A DNA stretch of 64,000 nucleotides from Tubulanus polymorphus (GCF_964204645.1 NC_134026.1:19936150-20000149); one strand, 5' to 3'; shown: positions 29,367-42,758, counted from the stretch's first letter. Numbers and translations are program-made. The notes: generated by a model from the letters alone, not told the origin.

Positions 29367-29688
29367 TACGGAAGCTATAAAGGGCCTCAAGTTGTCGCGT
29401 TCCAACTCGACAAGTCGCCATATTTATGTCGACATATCGCTATATATTGCATCAAGTCGACATGAATATGTTGACACATCGTGACGTTTTCACGACAAAT
29501 TTCGCTTTTTCGCCCCTTTCCACGGGACAAGCCGTCATTTGAAGACACGTCGAAATGTAAGATGAGGACGCCAGTGATATGACGACTGAGTTTCAAGTCG
29601 TCATGAATATGTCGACTTGTCGCGAGGAAAATGATAGCGACTTGTCGAATTTGAACGCGACAACTCGAGGCCCTTTATTGCTTCTGTA
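29367..29688. mobile_element. Non-autonomous DNA transposon with TAC...GTA ends and 6-bp TSD (IS3EU-type)
   Basis: Long TIRs TACGGAAGCTATAAAGGGCCTC.../...GAGGCCCTTTATTGCTTCTGTA; TSD TGGACT on both sides. Confidence 0.75.
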
Positions 29689-30031
29689 TGGACTAGTTCT
29701 ATTGGATAACGCATTTGCTTTCTATGAATAAGACCCTGGTGCGCGTGATTTCAATGTCACTTCCAAATCGTTATAAGTCGATTATTGAGAAATTATGTAA
29801 TCTAACATACTTCCTTTCTATTTTGTAGCAGGTGTAAATTTATTACATTTATTACATATTGAACAGCAACATTTCATTGACCTTACATATCCTTTGAAAG
29901 TTTTTTTCCTTATGAGTTTTAGTTTTTTCATTTTAGTGTTTTGTAAACCTTTTAAGTATTTCAAAATCGGTTTCTCAGTGATGTGTTTGTGCAAAATTTT
30001 GTATGTTTATAGTTTTTAATGTTTTTTCAAC

Positions 30032-30578
30032 TACAGTAAACCTCGCTTAACTCGGCCGAACTGGAACCTTCGAGATTAGTCTGAGTTAAGCACAAGTACG
30101 GAAGCGATAAAGGGCCTCGAGATGTCGCGTTCCAACTAAGTCATCATATTTATGTCAACATACAGCGATATATCGCGTCAAGTTGACATGAATATGTCGA
30201 CATATCGTGATGTTTTGACGACATATTTCGTTTTTCTCGACCACTCTCCTCGCGACAAGTCTACTTCATGACGACTTGATACTCAGTCGTCATATTACTG
30301 GCTATTACTATTAATGTCTTCAAATGATGGCTTGTCTCGTGGAAAATTGGCGAAAAAGCTAAATTTGTCGTGAAAACGTCACGATATGTCGACATATTCA
30401 TGTCGACTTGACGCGATATATCGCGTTATGCCGACATAAAATATGACGACTTCTCGAGTTGGAACGCGACAACTTGAGGCCCTTTATCGCTTCCTTACAC
30501 AAGTCCGAATTAAGGATCAGAAAGTTGTCAAGTTGTCATGTCCAGGGTCCAAGTTTGAGTTAGGCGAGATGCACTGTA
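30032..30578. mobile_element. Tc1/pogo(Tigger)-like MITE hosting the IS3EU-type insertion
   Basis: TA-CAGTAAACCTCGCTTAACTC ... GAGTTAGGCGAGATGCACTG-TA; related ends at ~4021-4043 and ~36793-36820. Confidence 0.6.
30097..30497. mobile_element. Second copy of the IS3EU-type element, opposite orientation
   Basis: Same TIRs; TSD CACAAG (30091-30096, 30498-30503). Confidence 0.75.
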
Positions 30579-32356
30579 TTTTTCCATAAACAAATTAATA
30601 TATACTCTTTAGTTATAATATGACCTATGTAAGGATGGTTTTCCTATCAAGCAATGTCAGCATTCCTGTGACTCAGACTTTCCAAATTACCTGAGAAATA
30701 AATCCCAATGATACAGGACCTGGTTCCACAGTCGCGAGTTAAGATTTGACTCGGGGTTAACTAATCAAAAATGAACTGATCTCAACTTGCAGAGTTAACT
30801 CTTTAACTCGCAACTGTTCCTTGTTCCCATGAAAATGAGAATTATCACTTAAATTTTACGAAATTCCTACCATCGGAATTCGAAGAACTCAAATTCAAGA
30901 AGTATCAATTATTTCAGGAAGCATAAAGGACAATTAATTAAGCACTATAATTACCCTCTGAATTCATTTATTCTTCATGATGTTTTGTGATAAGTTTTAA
31001 CAGTATTCAAGTTATCATATAGTGTAATCATATAATATATTGTAAGAGAAAATATACGAAATCTTGTTAATTTTTTTTGATCATATCATGTAGTAATTTT
31101 GAAATGCAAAATGAATTGACGGTTTACAATATTCAGATTAGTTAGATACAAAGAAATTCGATTGTCAATAGTGTGCATGTGTAGTTGTTGACTTAGTTTA
31201 GAAAACGCAACCTATAGTGCAGTAGATATAAACTTCAGATTTGTGAAGATGAAGTCGAAATTCTTCCAATTCAGCAATGAATAAATTCCTATGTTTCAAA
31301 GATGTATTAAAAGTATAAGTACATGTATTCTAATATAAGTTTCATATTGTTGTACTTGAACGTAAATTTCTAAATCGAAGTAATTATGAATAGAATTGTG
31401 AGACTATCCCCCAACAACATAGATATCATCTAAGTCGATATTACTGCTTGTAAAGACAAAAGAATTGCCTGAGAAAATATCCGTCCTTGAAACTAAAGCA
31501 GAATTAGTTTTCGCGTTTCATTAAATGTAATTCCAATTACTAGTATGCCATTTGAAGCTGGGTTTATACCGGTCTGAATTTTTGTTACCTGCCCATTCCG
31601 ATAACTATAGGACACAGTATTAGACCTTTCAGAGTGCATTCCGATGTTATGTTTATTTTGTTTTAGAAACGAGAAAAGTATGTTATCTTAGTTAATCATG
31701 AAAATTCTTAACAGTTAACATTATATTTCTTTTTTCCACCCTGTTTTTGCAAATAAAAAATCTGTAATAATTTATATATAAAATATTTATATATTTATAT
31801 TATATATTATTTATATATTTATATATGAGTTTTTGATGATTATATTTTGTTCCTTTTTATTTTGATTAAATGATTATATTTATTTTGATTATATGATTAT
31901 ATTTTGTTGTTTTTATTTCGTTCCTTTTCACTTCAGTATAAAAGGTTAGCCTTAATCAATTTAGATTGTTTAGAAATTCAAAATTTGTTTCACCATGCCT
32001 TGTCTTCCTTGGGATTGGAACCAGACAGCTGCAAATTTTCATATAATTTTCATATATATAGGCTATAGTAGCAGTCTTGCGATGCCGTCAGGTTCGAATC
32101 CCAGAAAGGAAAGAGGCAGTGGATAGAAGTTCTCGACTGAAAATTGATAGAAGATCTATATGAATTACAACATATACCATGTCGGAAGAACAAAGGCAGT
32201 GACACCACGTCTACGTAACCAAAGGCTTCGGAGCAGTGGGGCTTTGACCCCACACCATTCCTGTAAAACACCTTAGCGCTCCGTCCATCTCGAAACCGCT
32301 TCAAGGCCTTCCAAGGCTCGGTGTGCAATGAAGAGAGAAACAGTTTTGGAGATATA

Positions 32357-32654
32357 AGCTGCAATCACACGAGCATTTTGCCAAATTAAGCCCTGAACAA
32401 TATGAACCCTGTTCAAATGGGGGCCGTGCCTGTTTGGCTCGACCAAAAACGTCGTCAGGCCTGAGCCTGAATTTTCGCTCGGATCAAATTATTGCGCATG
32501 AATTGCAACTGGTTCCAGAAGTTACTCACTTCACTTTATTTGCGCAATATTTAGTACGTATTTAGCTTAAGTAGTTCGCGTGTGAACGCGCTCTCTAGGG
32601 CCAAATTTGACTCGGGCCTGATCCGGGCCAAATCGTCTTCGTGTGATCGCGGCT
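32357..32654. mobile_element. MITE family A, full copy
   Basis: AGCTGCAATCACACG ... CGTGTGATCGCGGCT; interior matches 4186-4505. Confidence 0.75.
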
Positions 32655-33052
32655 TGAGATTTCCCTTTCGCCTCCCCGATCCCATCAAAACTTCTATTCC
32701 GGGAGGCATAGCCGCCCTGCACGTGGATATTGCTCACGTTTCTCTACCGCGGCTGGAGGTTGGAGATTTTTTCCGACATGTCTTCTCGCAGCGCGGAGAA
32801 CAACAAAAGGTTCTAATGAGGAAACAAAGCTTCTACCTGTCACTATAGGAAGTTGGTTTTATACACGCGAAGAATTTGTAAATAATTTCCAAGCGAGGGG
32901 AAATAAATCACTTAACTCCGGCTATTACCGGCATTGTGGTATTTTGTAGTGCAGCTGCGAGTTTATACGGGACCAATTTACTTTCTATTGGGTAAGATCA
33001 CACCGGGTAAAATATCATAGCTGCGATCACACGGAGACGATTTCGCCTGGAC

Positions 33053-33094
33053 CTTGGACGTATAAACTAAAATAATCTAGTTTATACGTCCATG
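33053..33094. mobile_element. P-like footprint with 10-nt filler
   Basis: CCTGGAC-CTTGGACGTATAAACT-aaaataatct-AGTTTATACGTCCATG-CCCGGAC. Confidence 0.65.
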
Positions 33095-33186
33095 CCCGGA
33101 CCAAATTGGCACGGATCAGGCTCGAGGCAAATTTGGCCCGTGCCTAATTAGAAAGCGCACTCGTACGCATACCACTGACTCGATAC

Positions 33187-33345
33187 TTCGTTCTAGTCAA
33201 GACAGAACCCGGTGACCGTGCCTTCAGCTACTGTGTTCCTCATTTGTGAATACTCTTCCAACCAACATCCGTGAAAGTCTCTCGGTTGACTCTTTTAAAG
33301 CTTGCCTTAAAACATACCTTTTTAAAAAATCTTATTTTTCTTATC
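33187..33345 (+). mobile_element. 3' fragment of an L2/CR1-group LINE inserted in a family A MITE
   Basis: Translates (one indel) as GDRAFSYCVPHL(W)NTLPTNIRESLSVDSFKACLKTYLFKKSY, the typical L2 ORF2 C-terminus. Confidence 0.75.
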
Positions 33346-33417
33346 TATAATTATACAATGATCATTTGTTCTGTGCTAAAATTTGGCTCCGGCCTGGTCT
33401 GACGTTTTTGGTCGGAC

Positions 33418-33449
33418 CATGGACGTATAAACTAGTTTATACGTCCATG
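33418..33449. mobile_element. 32-bp perfect palindrome with 7-bp TSD; P-superfamily excision footprint
   Basis: GTCGGAC-CATGGACGTATAAACT|AGTTTATACGTCCATG-GTCGGAC. Confidence 0.7.
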
Positions 33450-34596
33450 GTCGGACCGAACAGACTATATTCATATTCTTTAACGATGATTCCTAAAAAT
33501 TTTAGATTACTCTACTCACCTGGAAAAATGCTGTCAGACAACCAAGTTTAAGTGCGTTATGAGTTCATCAAAGATAAAAATTCGTGCCGACTGCGGAAGT
33601 GTAATAAAAGTCGCGGACCTGAAATATGTAATACATTTCTTAGTTTTAAAAATAGATGAAAGTTGTCGGCGAGCAAAAGTTGGTTCAGATTCTACGCATA
33701 ACTAGCGTCGAAATCACGATTAGACAAATTCCTGCTCAGGCGGAAATATATATACAGCGTTCAACGACCTTAAGAGCGAGTTGTTGATCTCTTCTGGCCA
33801 ATTCGAAAAAATAATGTTTTTACATTTGCATTTCAAGTTATAATTAACCTCAAGAATTATGTATATCGAATGCGGGTCAATGAATTACTCCTTTGAAACA
33901 AGGTTTAACTTGACTAAATCCCTAGTAATTTCGGACAGGTCGACTCATAATTGGATACATAATTAAAGATATATGGGGATTCGATATGGAAACTCTTGAA
34001 GACATACATTCGCCAATTTTAGTTTATACGATTGTAGATTCTTTAATTCGAGACACAACTCTCTTATCAGCTTTGTAAAAACGGCACTTCTCCAGTGTAA
34101 TTTCATCCCAAAAAATAATCTTCTGCAGGTGCCGTCGAAGCCGTCTGCAGTATGGGCGAGGAGTCGATAGTCAGATTAAGAATACCTCCCTTCATTCCTT
34201 AACTTCACTAACTTATACCCTGGATATTCGAAAAACTTTCTCGAGCGAATAATACACTTTTCCAAGAAGTACCTAGAAGTGCCTCGACTTTAGACACTTG
34301 CTGATGCATTTTTTATCCGGCGTCGTTTTTTAGACGTGAAGTATTTGAGAAAAATTTACTATACTGCTGATATTTTTGATTACCCCCTCGAGAGCGAAAT
34401 ACTTCAACGGGCCCTCAGCAAACTCAGAGGCTTGAGAAATCTTTATCGCCTCCATCACCCACCTGGATTTTGCCCAATTCTCCAATCATATTTGTCTCGT
34501 TCGGCGCCCCACGGAATTAACTTCGTGCAAAAGTAAAATCCGCTACGGAATCGAAATCACGCGGGAATTATGATTCTCTCTTTCGATTGCTCAAAT

Positions 34597-34633
34597 CGTG
34601 GACACATAATATAAACTAGTTTATACGTCCATG
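34597..34633. mobile_element. P-like footprint, degenerate
   Basis: CTCAAAT-CGTGGAC...TATAAACTAGTTTATACGTCCATG-CTCGAAT. Confidence 0.6.
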
Positions 34634-37065
34634 CTCGAATTGATGGAAAAATCTCGAGCTTCAAGAGAAATATTACAATAAGTTGAAATTAAAGGCGAAA
34701 TAAAAGGTGTGTTCTCCACGTGCATCTACTCGATTTTCAGATAGAGATACACGTTTATAAACTTTAAAGAAGGTATTCGATAGGTTTCGTAAGGTAAAAT
34801 GAGTTTTCGAATTATTGAACAAGGGCGAACTAAGCGCCCCATCCCAGTATAAAAAGTTTCATTTTTTATTTCATAGAAAAATGAGGGATGTGTATAACAC
34901 AATCCCCTTCAATTCTATAGGAAAATCGTATTCCATCATGAAATCAGCTCAAATTCATTACACACATATATAGACAACAACACCGAATATCATCACGAGA
35001 TTTGCGGAGAAAATCTGATCGCAGAAAATACGTGACGTAAAAAGGCCGTGTTTAAAACTATGTTGTTTGGCAAAAAGGTAAATTAAAACGAAGGTGGCAC
35101 GAAGCAGATGAGAAAAACAAATCCAAGAAAAGAAGATGACGTATATTATTATATATGTTTTATCGGTACTCATGATGAAGTTTGTTTGCGTCAAAAGCGT
35201 GATACGTGTATCTCTTAATTATAGACGATGCTAAGTTTAGAAGGATAAGTTTGTAATATATTTACATGTTTGTTGCTATTTATATATAGGTGTAGTTCAC
35301 CGTTGAATTCTTATCGCAATATTATAAATGCATTTATTTTTTATCATGTATCGATCCATTGTGGTGGCTTTTTCGTGAAGAAAACGTCGAAATAGTTCAT
35401 GCAAGATATCCTAACGCGGATCACTTTTCACGGTGTTGACGATTGATAGCAAGATAGATATTTTTCACGAACACAACACACGAGAATAATGGAATCCATC
35501 GAAAAACTTCGAAGCATGGAGACATTTAAAGGCATACTTCAGTGAAAAGGTACGATCTCTAACTAAATAACTTTGGGTTTAAGAAGTTTGTTCATTATGA
35601 GTTTACTAAGTACATTCGTGGTTTTTTCCTTGCCGAAAAATGTTAGAATTACTTCCGTGAACTGATGTGTCAGCTATCTGAATTTTAATGCACTATGATA
35701 CACATATCTGACTTGAAAAAGTCGTAAACAAAGCTTCCTCGCTCCCTTTTCGGGTATATATATATTTTTATCGGACGCACGAGCTACGAAATGAACTGTT
35801 GCCAAAAACAATAGATTTAAAAGCGTGGTGAAGCACACACTGCGCAATGGTCATATGGTTGTTTACTCGTTAATTTTTTAGGTTGATTGTGTTCATTATC
35901 TTGTCTCTACTAAACAGCCATTGTTTATGATGTATTGCAACATCGGCGATTATTTGAACTGTATATATTCACTTCTATCGAAAGTTTAAAAAACGCAGGT
36001 CTATTAGGTTTTACTCATTTATTTGTACATGTAGATATATACATAATTGCGGCTCGGTCGAGGGCACTCGATGCCTTGATTCTGGCTTATGGCCAGCCCA
36101 ACACGTGGATTTTACAGGGGTTTTTTATAGTACCGTAATGAACATATATTTATATAATAAGGCCTTACGAAAACAAATCTGTGTTTCCATCTGATAAACC
36201 ATTACTCTAAAACGTTCCTTAAAGCCCATGGATAAACCTACTAAAAGTTCACTGATCCAAAGCATGTAGTTCACCTAAAGTCTACGGTTCACCTGATAAA
36301 ACCACATACGTTTTCATTTTACCCAAATACATATGTCCAAAACGAAAACGCCATTCTATCAACTTACTTACAACGGTTATTATTCAATTTTTAGGCCAAA
36401 CTTTCAAGTGGCCCAAGCTACACTTACGAGTTTAGATTCATTGATTGAAGAATACGCGGAATTCATTTAGATTCAAATTAGACTTACGACATCATAACAG
36501 TGTACAAATCGTAAATATTACGTTTCTTCAGTCGGCGATTTTTCAATAAATAAAAATGTTTATAAAACGAATACATATATATGTAACAGTGAACTGGTCG
36601 AGTCGCTTTCGCTCACTAACACAATTTCTTCAGCATTCAAAAACACTCTTCCTCCGAGTTACTCCGAGTACTCCTATTGGAAGATTATGCATCCAAGCGT
36701 GAGATTATTCGCATTTTAATCGTAAATCTCCATAGCCGGGATTCTCTTCTTTCAAATGCTTTTTACCGTCCTCGTTTATCTTAAATGCATGTTCAGTAGA
36801 ACCCGCTTAATTCGGATCATTTGGCACCAACAAAATTCATCAGGTTTATGGGAAATCCGGATTAAAAGTCATTTTCATGTATATTTATGAACAAATTGTG
36901 TATCGTTCGACTAAATTTGTGTTACCCCCTAAATTGTTCTGTTCAGTGTACATTTTTTATGCGTACATGATGATATATAAACGCCAATAATCCAGAGTCA
37001 GGACTGCGTTCTCAGTTAATTTGGAATAGGGAGCTGCACCCACACCTTCCAGTGCTTCCTTGGAA

Positions 37066-37095
37066 CATGGACTCTAAATCGTTTCATAGTCCATG
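37066..37095. mobile_element. P-like footprint, second subfamily
   Basis: CTTGGAA-CATGGACTCTAAATCGTTTCATAGTCCATG-CTTGGAA. Confidence 0.65.
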
Positions 37096-40000
37096 CTTGG
37101 AATGACCAACGCAATATATAGTCTTTGAATGCATCGAAACGGGTTAAAGAAATCATCAGTATTTTCAATGCCGCGGATATAAAAATTTTATGGGAAACAT
37201 AGATTTTCCTCGATAGCCCTCGATTGATTTATGTCCTTGCGAAAAAAAATTACGACCAAGATGAAAAAAAAGCAGAACTGCCGAACTGACGAGGCCTTGA
37301 AATGGCAATAAACAAAAGGTAGACCTAACTATAGTCCTCCGCTTTATCTTGGATTCTGTGGCTTAGTAAAACTACATCATCGACTGTTTAACTGTCCAAA
37401 ACTCGCTAATTATATTTCTAAACATACAAGGGCGGATTAGGGGGATGTGATCGAATCCCTTGAAATTCCGAATGTGCCAACCAAGTCTGGATTTTTTTTT
37501 AAAAAGAAAATGGGATGTTTAGAAATTTATCCACCTGGACCCTGGGCCAAAAAAGCCCCGCTTTGTCCAAGATCTTCTGTGGGAGAGCCACCAGAATCCG
37601 CCACCCTGGCAGCCCTCGTTTTATCAAATCTCGTATTTTCAATTGTGCCCATTACAATTTTCAGATCCACCCCTTCAAAGAATCTCAGATCCGCCCTTGA
37701 CACACGTCCTTTTGAATGAAATAGATCTCGAGTTATTTGCAGCTTAATGAATGTTAATCGCGGGGTCCCGCGTATGCGTCAATATTGCTCGCGATGGACA
37801 AGTGGCTCTGGCAAGCGAGGATCCCAGCAGGCGATTATTAAACAATCAATAATCAATTCCCTCGTTACCGAACGATTAATCTTCTAATTATCGCATGTGG
37901 AGTATAGCGACGTCGACCGCGAACTGTCAACACGATCGCCACTCGGATCCGTGTTTACGAACCCTTGTTCCGACAGGTGATTACATAACGTTCCCCGCTG
38001 GTGGATTATCGGTTCGTCCCCGATGAACCGTTGTCTTGTCAATACCGGCTCCTCAAGTGGTTTGTAATACGTATTATGTGCCGTTAGGCAAGCATCTGTC
38101 CGCTGATTGAACATAATTGGCGCCTGGTTTCTGACAAATTAATCCACGCTGGTTTCGCGACTGGCCTCTAATTGCCTTATGAAAACAATGATATAACCCG
38201 GTTACAAACCGTCTATAATGAAACACGTGCACTAAAGATGCCGCTGAAAAGCGCCCGGTGAGATCCAACAAGGAGTCCCATTGAAACTTTGATCAATTCG
38301 ATTTGTATTAGTTCTATTGGGTAAATACGTTACAAATTTTGTTTACGAGATTTGATGGAGGCTTAAGTGGTGCTTGGCGGCCGCCACGAAAACTATCTAT
38401 TATGTCAAATGTATCGATACCACTGCGAAACACAAATGATAGTTTTTATAGTTTAGTACATTGTTTGCATTTTCAGTCGCGAAAAGAATGGTTTTAGCGT
38501 TACGTGTAAATGTATGAAAAGAGCCTATGTTTCTCCGTATCGGCCGGGCCATTTTTTAAACTTCGATAACATCTGCAATCAGTTCAGTTCTGCCAGCATC
38601 ATTTAGAAAAAGTAATGTACATGGTAGATAGGCGGCCGGCTGGGTCTACTTTTTAACTCAACAGTAATGATAACATCATACCATTTTTGCCTGTATTTGT
38701 TCAAATTTGAAATTTTAGAAATATACATTCATTTATTTTTTTATTCATTGGCCACGGCTGAATCGTTTCTGGCAAGAAATGTGAAAAATGTATTCATAAA
38801 AATTAATTCCTGAAACAAACAAAATGTATTTACACTATAATACATCTACTATTTGTCCAAAATTATAATCGTTGGGAAATTAGACATGAAGATGTTCTGG
38901 CTAAAATCTTATTTTTGTTCCTAATTTGTGTAGCTTTTCAATTCTTTTGACCGAATTACTTTCATTTCCGCGTAATACAGAATGACGCGTCGATAAACGA
39001 GCGCGCTTTTGAAATTTTATGAACGTGCACCATGCGGAAAAATAATTTTTAGCCGCCTTTGATAACATCGCTGCGCGACCGAACGCTCGACGAGTTTAAA
39101 CGAGCTTAATTTCGCCGTCATTTTCATTCTTTGATACATAAAGAACGGGCAATTTGCATTCTCTGGATCTAGACGGCGAAGCGCCCGGAGGCGCACGCTG
39201 CGCGCATCACTTAATGCATTATTATCTCCGATCGGCCGGCAAATCTCGGAGCGCAGATTCTACGGCGCGAATTCCACTCTCATCGGTGAATGATAATTAC
39301 CGCCAGAAACAAACATCACGCCGCCGGCCATAAAAAGACAGACGACAGCGCGCGGAAAAGATCGCGCCCCGACGCAACCGTATTTATCTTTCCGTTCGAC
39401 AGCACAATGCGCCTGCAGACGACTTATTGCCTTCCCGCTGTTCCGGACACGATTTCATTTCCTTTTAAAATCGGTTAAATGACGAAGGCAATTAGCGGAA
39501 TTTGTCCGAAAAGACCGATGAAAATAAATCTCTTGTTTGTCAACGATCATGCGATGGTTATCAAACTAGCTTTTTTATTTTGAAATAGGGATTGTCCCTC
39601 TTGTGTATTTGACCGATTAATTAATTCGGATTGATTTGAATGTTGTGTCCTGCCGGGAGCGAAACAGGGGGTTTGATTTTGAAATCGGAAATCGAAATAC
39701 AGATCGAGTTCAATGAATTTCTTTTTAAACGAAATACATGATTGGAAAGTAAGCTTTTTAACAGGAAAATTTACGACCAAATACTATTTCCCTAGACAGT
39801 CGATTTTTTACCTAAATAGATTAATTTGAACCCGTGCCAAAAGAATAACGTAGCATCAATATGATATCAGTCCATCCAAAATTTCGTTAACAAAGTGTAA
39901 ATTTGCGTCGAATGATCGAGAAAATGCCTTGGAACAAAAAGCAGAAAAAGCAATTGAAAAGGGAAAATTCTAGTACAGAAATGGTTTAGAAAAAAAAATT

Positions 40001-42758
40001 GCTGTTGAGCTTGTACATACTTTGATTAGTTATAGAAAGCAGTTTATGTGCGATGTTTTAAAACATTTCAAACGCACGAATATTAGAATTGGTTCAATAA
40101 TTAAACGTCAATGTGTAGGCTAAAAAATCCGGTTCATTTTTCAAAAACAAGTATTAGTACAGGGTTGAAAGGCGACCGGCCGGGTCAACTGTAAAGCTAA
40201 GACAGAAAGGAGAATCAATTGGTATCAATTTTTACCCTACAATCGGGTAAATGCTCATCGTGTTCGACTTTAGATACCGTTGCAATGTTATCGAGATTTA
40301 TCGTTTATTGAATAAATATTAACACGGAATTGACAATGAAAACTCGCATCCTTAATCGTTGCGTTTAATGTGCTATAGAGCACCACGCCTTCGCAACGAT
40401 TTTGTTCGAATTCGAACAAAAATATTTGCGCGACAATAATTATGAATACACTTCTTCGTTATTGTGCCAATTTGTTGCGTAATTCGCCGAATGGTCCCAG
40501 TTTCACCCGGGCGTGATTTACCCCGACAGAAAATGAAATATCAACATTATTCAGGCGCTTAAATGCGTCCTTTTCAAATCCGTTAAATCAATAAGCGATA
40601 ATTCTATTGCGATCACGGTTTCTTGTGTCTTTGAATTTGTCGTCGTTACGAAAACACCGCCGCGTCGAAGATGAGTTGCCATAGTTATGTTGCAATCGTC
40701 AGACAAATGCTTCGAATGAAATATCTGTATTTGTTCAAGGGATTTCGAATTCCGCGGCGCGGAGGGACGCGAGGATTTAGGTTCTCGCCGAACACAAGTC
40801 GCGTGACAACTCTTGTTGTTACAATTACTTAAAATCCATGTTTGATTTCGAATCAAAAGGCTATTATTCGTGTCGTGATGAAATGGGTCATTATACTAAC
40901 GATTCTAATAAGTAGTGAAACGAATCACGAATATATTTGCTCATTCATCTTTAAAGAAAATATTTCGTTGCGTTGCGTAAGATATATAACAGATTTTTCA
41001 TAATGTTTATTTTGTTTAAAGAAAAACATTGATAATATTTCTTCATTTTCTCATATGTAACGAGATGTAATGAGAAATATTTTCTATCCATCTTAAGCGG
41101 TTTATTGTGGCCCTACACGGTAGATGGGATTCGTTATACAGACGCAATGTCCATAAGAATATAGATTCGTATTTCAAAGAAATCTTCAACTAATCGTAAA
41201 TTTATTACTCGCGCACGTTTTCCGCGCAGGAATTCCATTTTTGCAGTGTGGATGAATACCGAAATTAGTTAGAAAGATCGTAGCATCCAATCAAATACAA
41301 AGATACGATACGATAGGAAATACGACGAATAAAAAAGTTTTTAAAAACATTTTTGCATAATATAATGCAGCCATTTTTAGAAATAGATTTGAGAAAGATA
41401 GGGAAACCGTGTTAATTTCATGTTAATTTATGCGGTATGTTTTATTTCATCATCGCATGACAGTTAATCAACTGTTTTTTTCTGCGCGCGCATTGTTTCT
41501 GCAGCACCCTCGACGTTCTGTTAGTTCACGAGTTTACCTCATGCGGTCGAACTTATCACCTCCGCAGACAACAACAAAAAACAACAAATCACCTTTCCCC
41601 CTCATCTGGCAGAATAATCCCGGGTAAAAAAAACCAACCGCTTACTCAGCTGAACACGAGACCCGTAAAAATAGGAACCTTGCCAAAATCATTCCGACGT
41701 TTGAAATCTTGCGTTAAGTCGCCTTCACAGAATAGGTTTTAGGGGATCTCAGGCTGCAAAATCTAGGGGAGGGAATTGTTCGTGTTCGAAAGTTCCTTTT
41801 GTCAGGGTATAGTATTGGCACTGCTTTCAAGAGTCCATTGCATACTGTGGCTCGTCTCGTCACCGTTCGGAGTCAATGGTATACGACGGCCAAGGACCTG
41901 GTAGAGAGCCGGGTTCCTGCGAGTGAACCTTTGATCATTTTATTATTTGATAAGTAGTTATTTCCCTATCCCGTACTTAGCTTCCGACCTGTCCAAAGTT
42001 CGATTCGACATCGGGTTCACGGGTAGGTGCAATACAGTATCCCCAGAAAGGCTAACCACAAACAATGCACAAACATTCAGTTTATCCTTATAGAGTAATC
42101 TTGATTACCACTCCAAGAATTTTCCATCATGTTACTGTGGTTGAAAAAGCTTGTGAAATCCTCACCATTTTCACTTCCTTCTTCAAACTTATCCACTCGG
42201 TTACGATTTTTTTTTCGTTTTTATATCAGGGTCATCCTTTTATAGCGTTGACAAACTGACTATATAAGCGGTATTTCTATTCGCAATCTGTACCGCGAAC
42301 GAAAATTCAAGGTCGTCGTAAATCAACCTTGCCGGTTTTATTCGTACACGCTGCGATTCGGTTTATTGCATCATATGTATACATGCGGCTTGATAAAGAG
42401 TTATAAAAACGTCAGATGAAAAATCAGGGCCGTCGGCTATGTGTACATGTGTTTATATACTCGCTTCGAACATTGTCTTTATCATCGCGATATTAGATAA
42501 AAATAAAAACCACTTCCGTAATCGAACCTGATCCGATTCCGATAGAATTGTGCCTCGAGATACCGCAGGAATATACTGAAGTGTGTCGTAATATATAAAT
42601 CCATATTCATTTATTTTTTCATCGTTATTATGATAAAATATATATATGTATATGTATTCGCGATACCGTTTTGTATACGTGTAGTAACATGCACATATAC
42701 TACACACGTTCAAAGTAAATATGTATCGACAAAAATTCATAGAAGAATTTTCGATATC

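Noticed and set aside
29367-30497. CRISPR-like repeat array
   Set aside because: Eukaryotic context; repeats are subterminal motifs of TIR elements without regular spacers
32060-32110. tRNA gene (GGTTCGAATCC B-box)
   Set aside because: No cloverleaf or proper A-box spacing; at most a SINE relic
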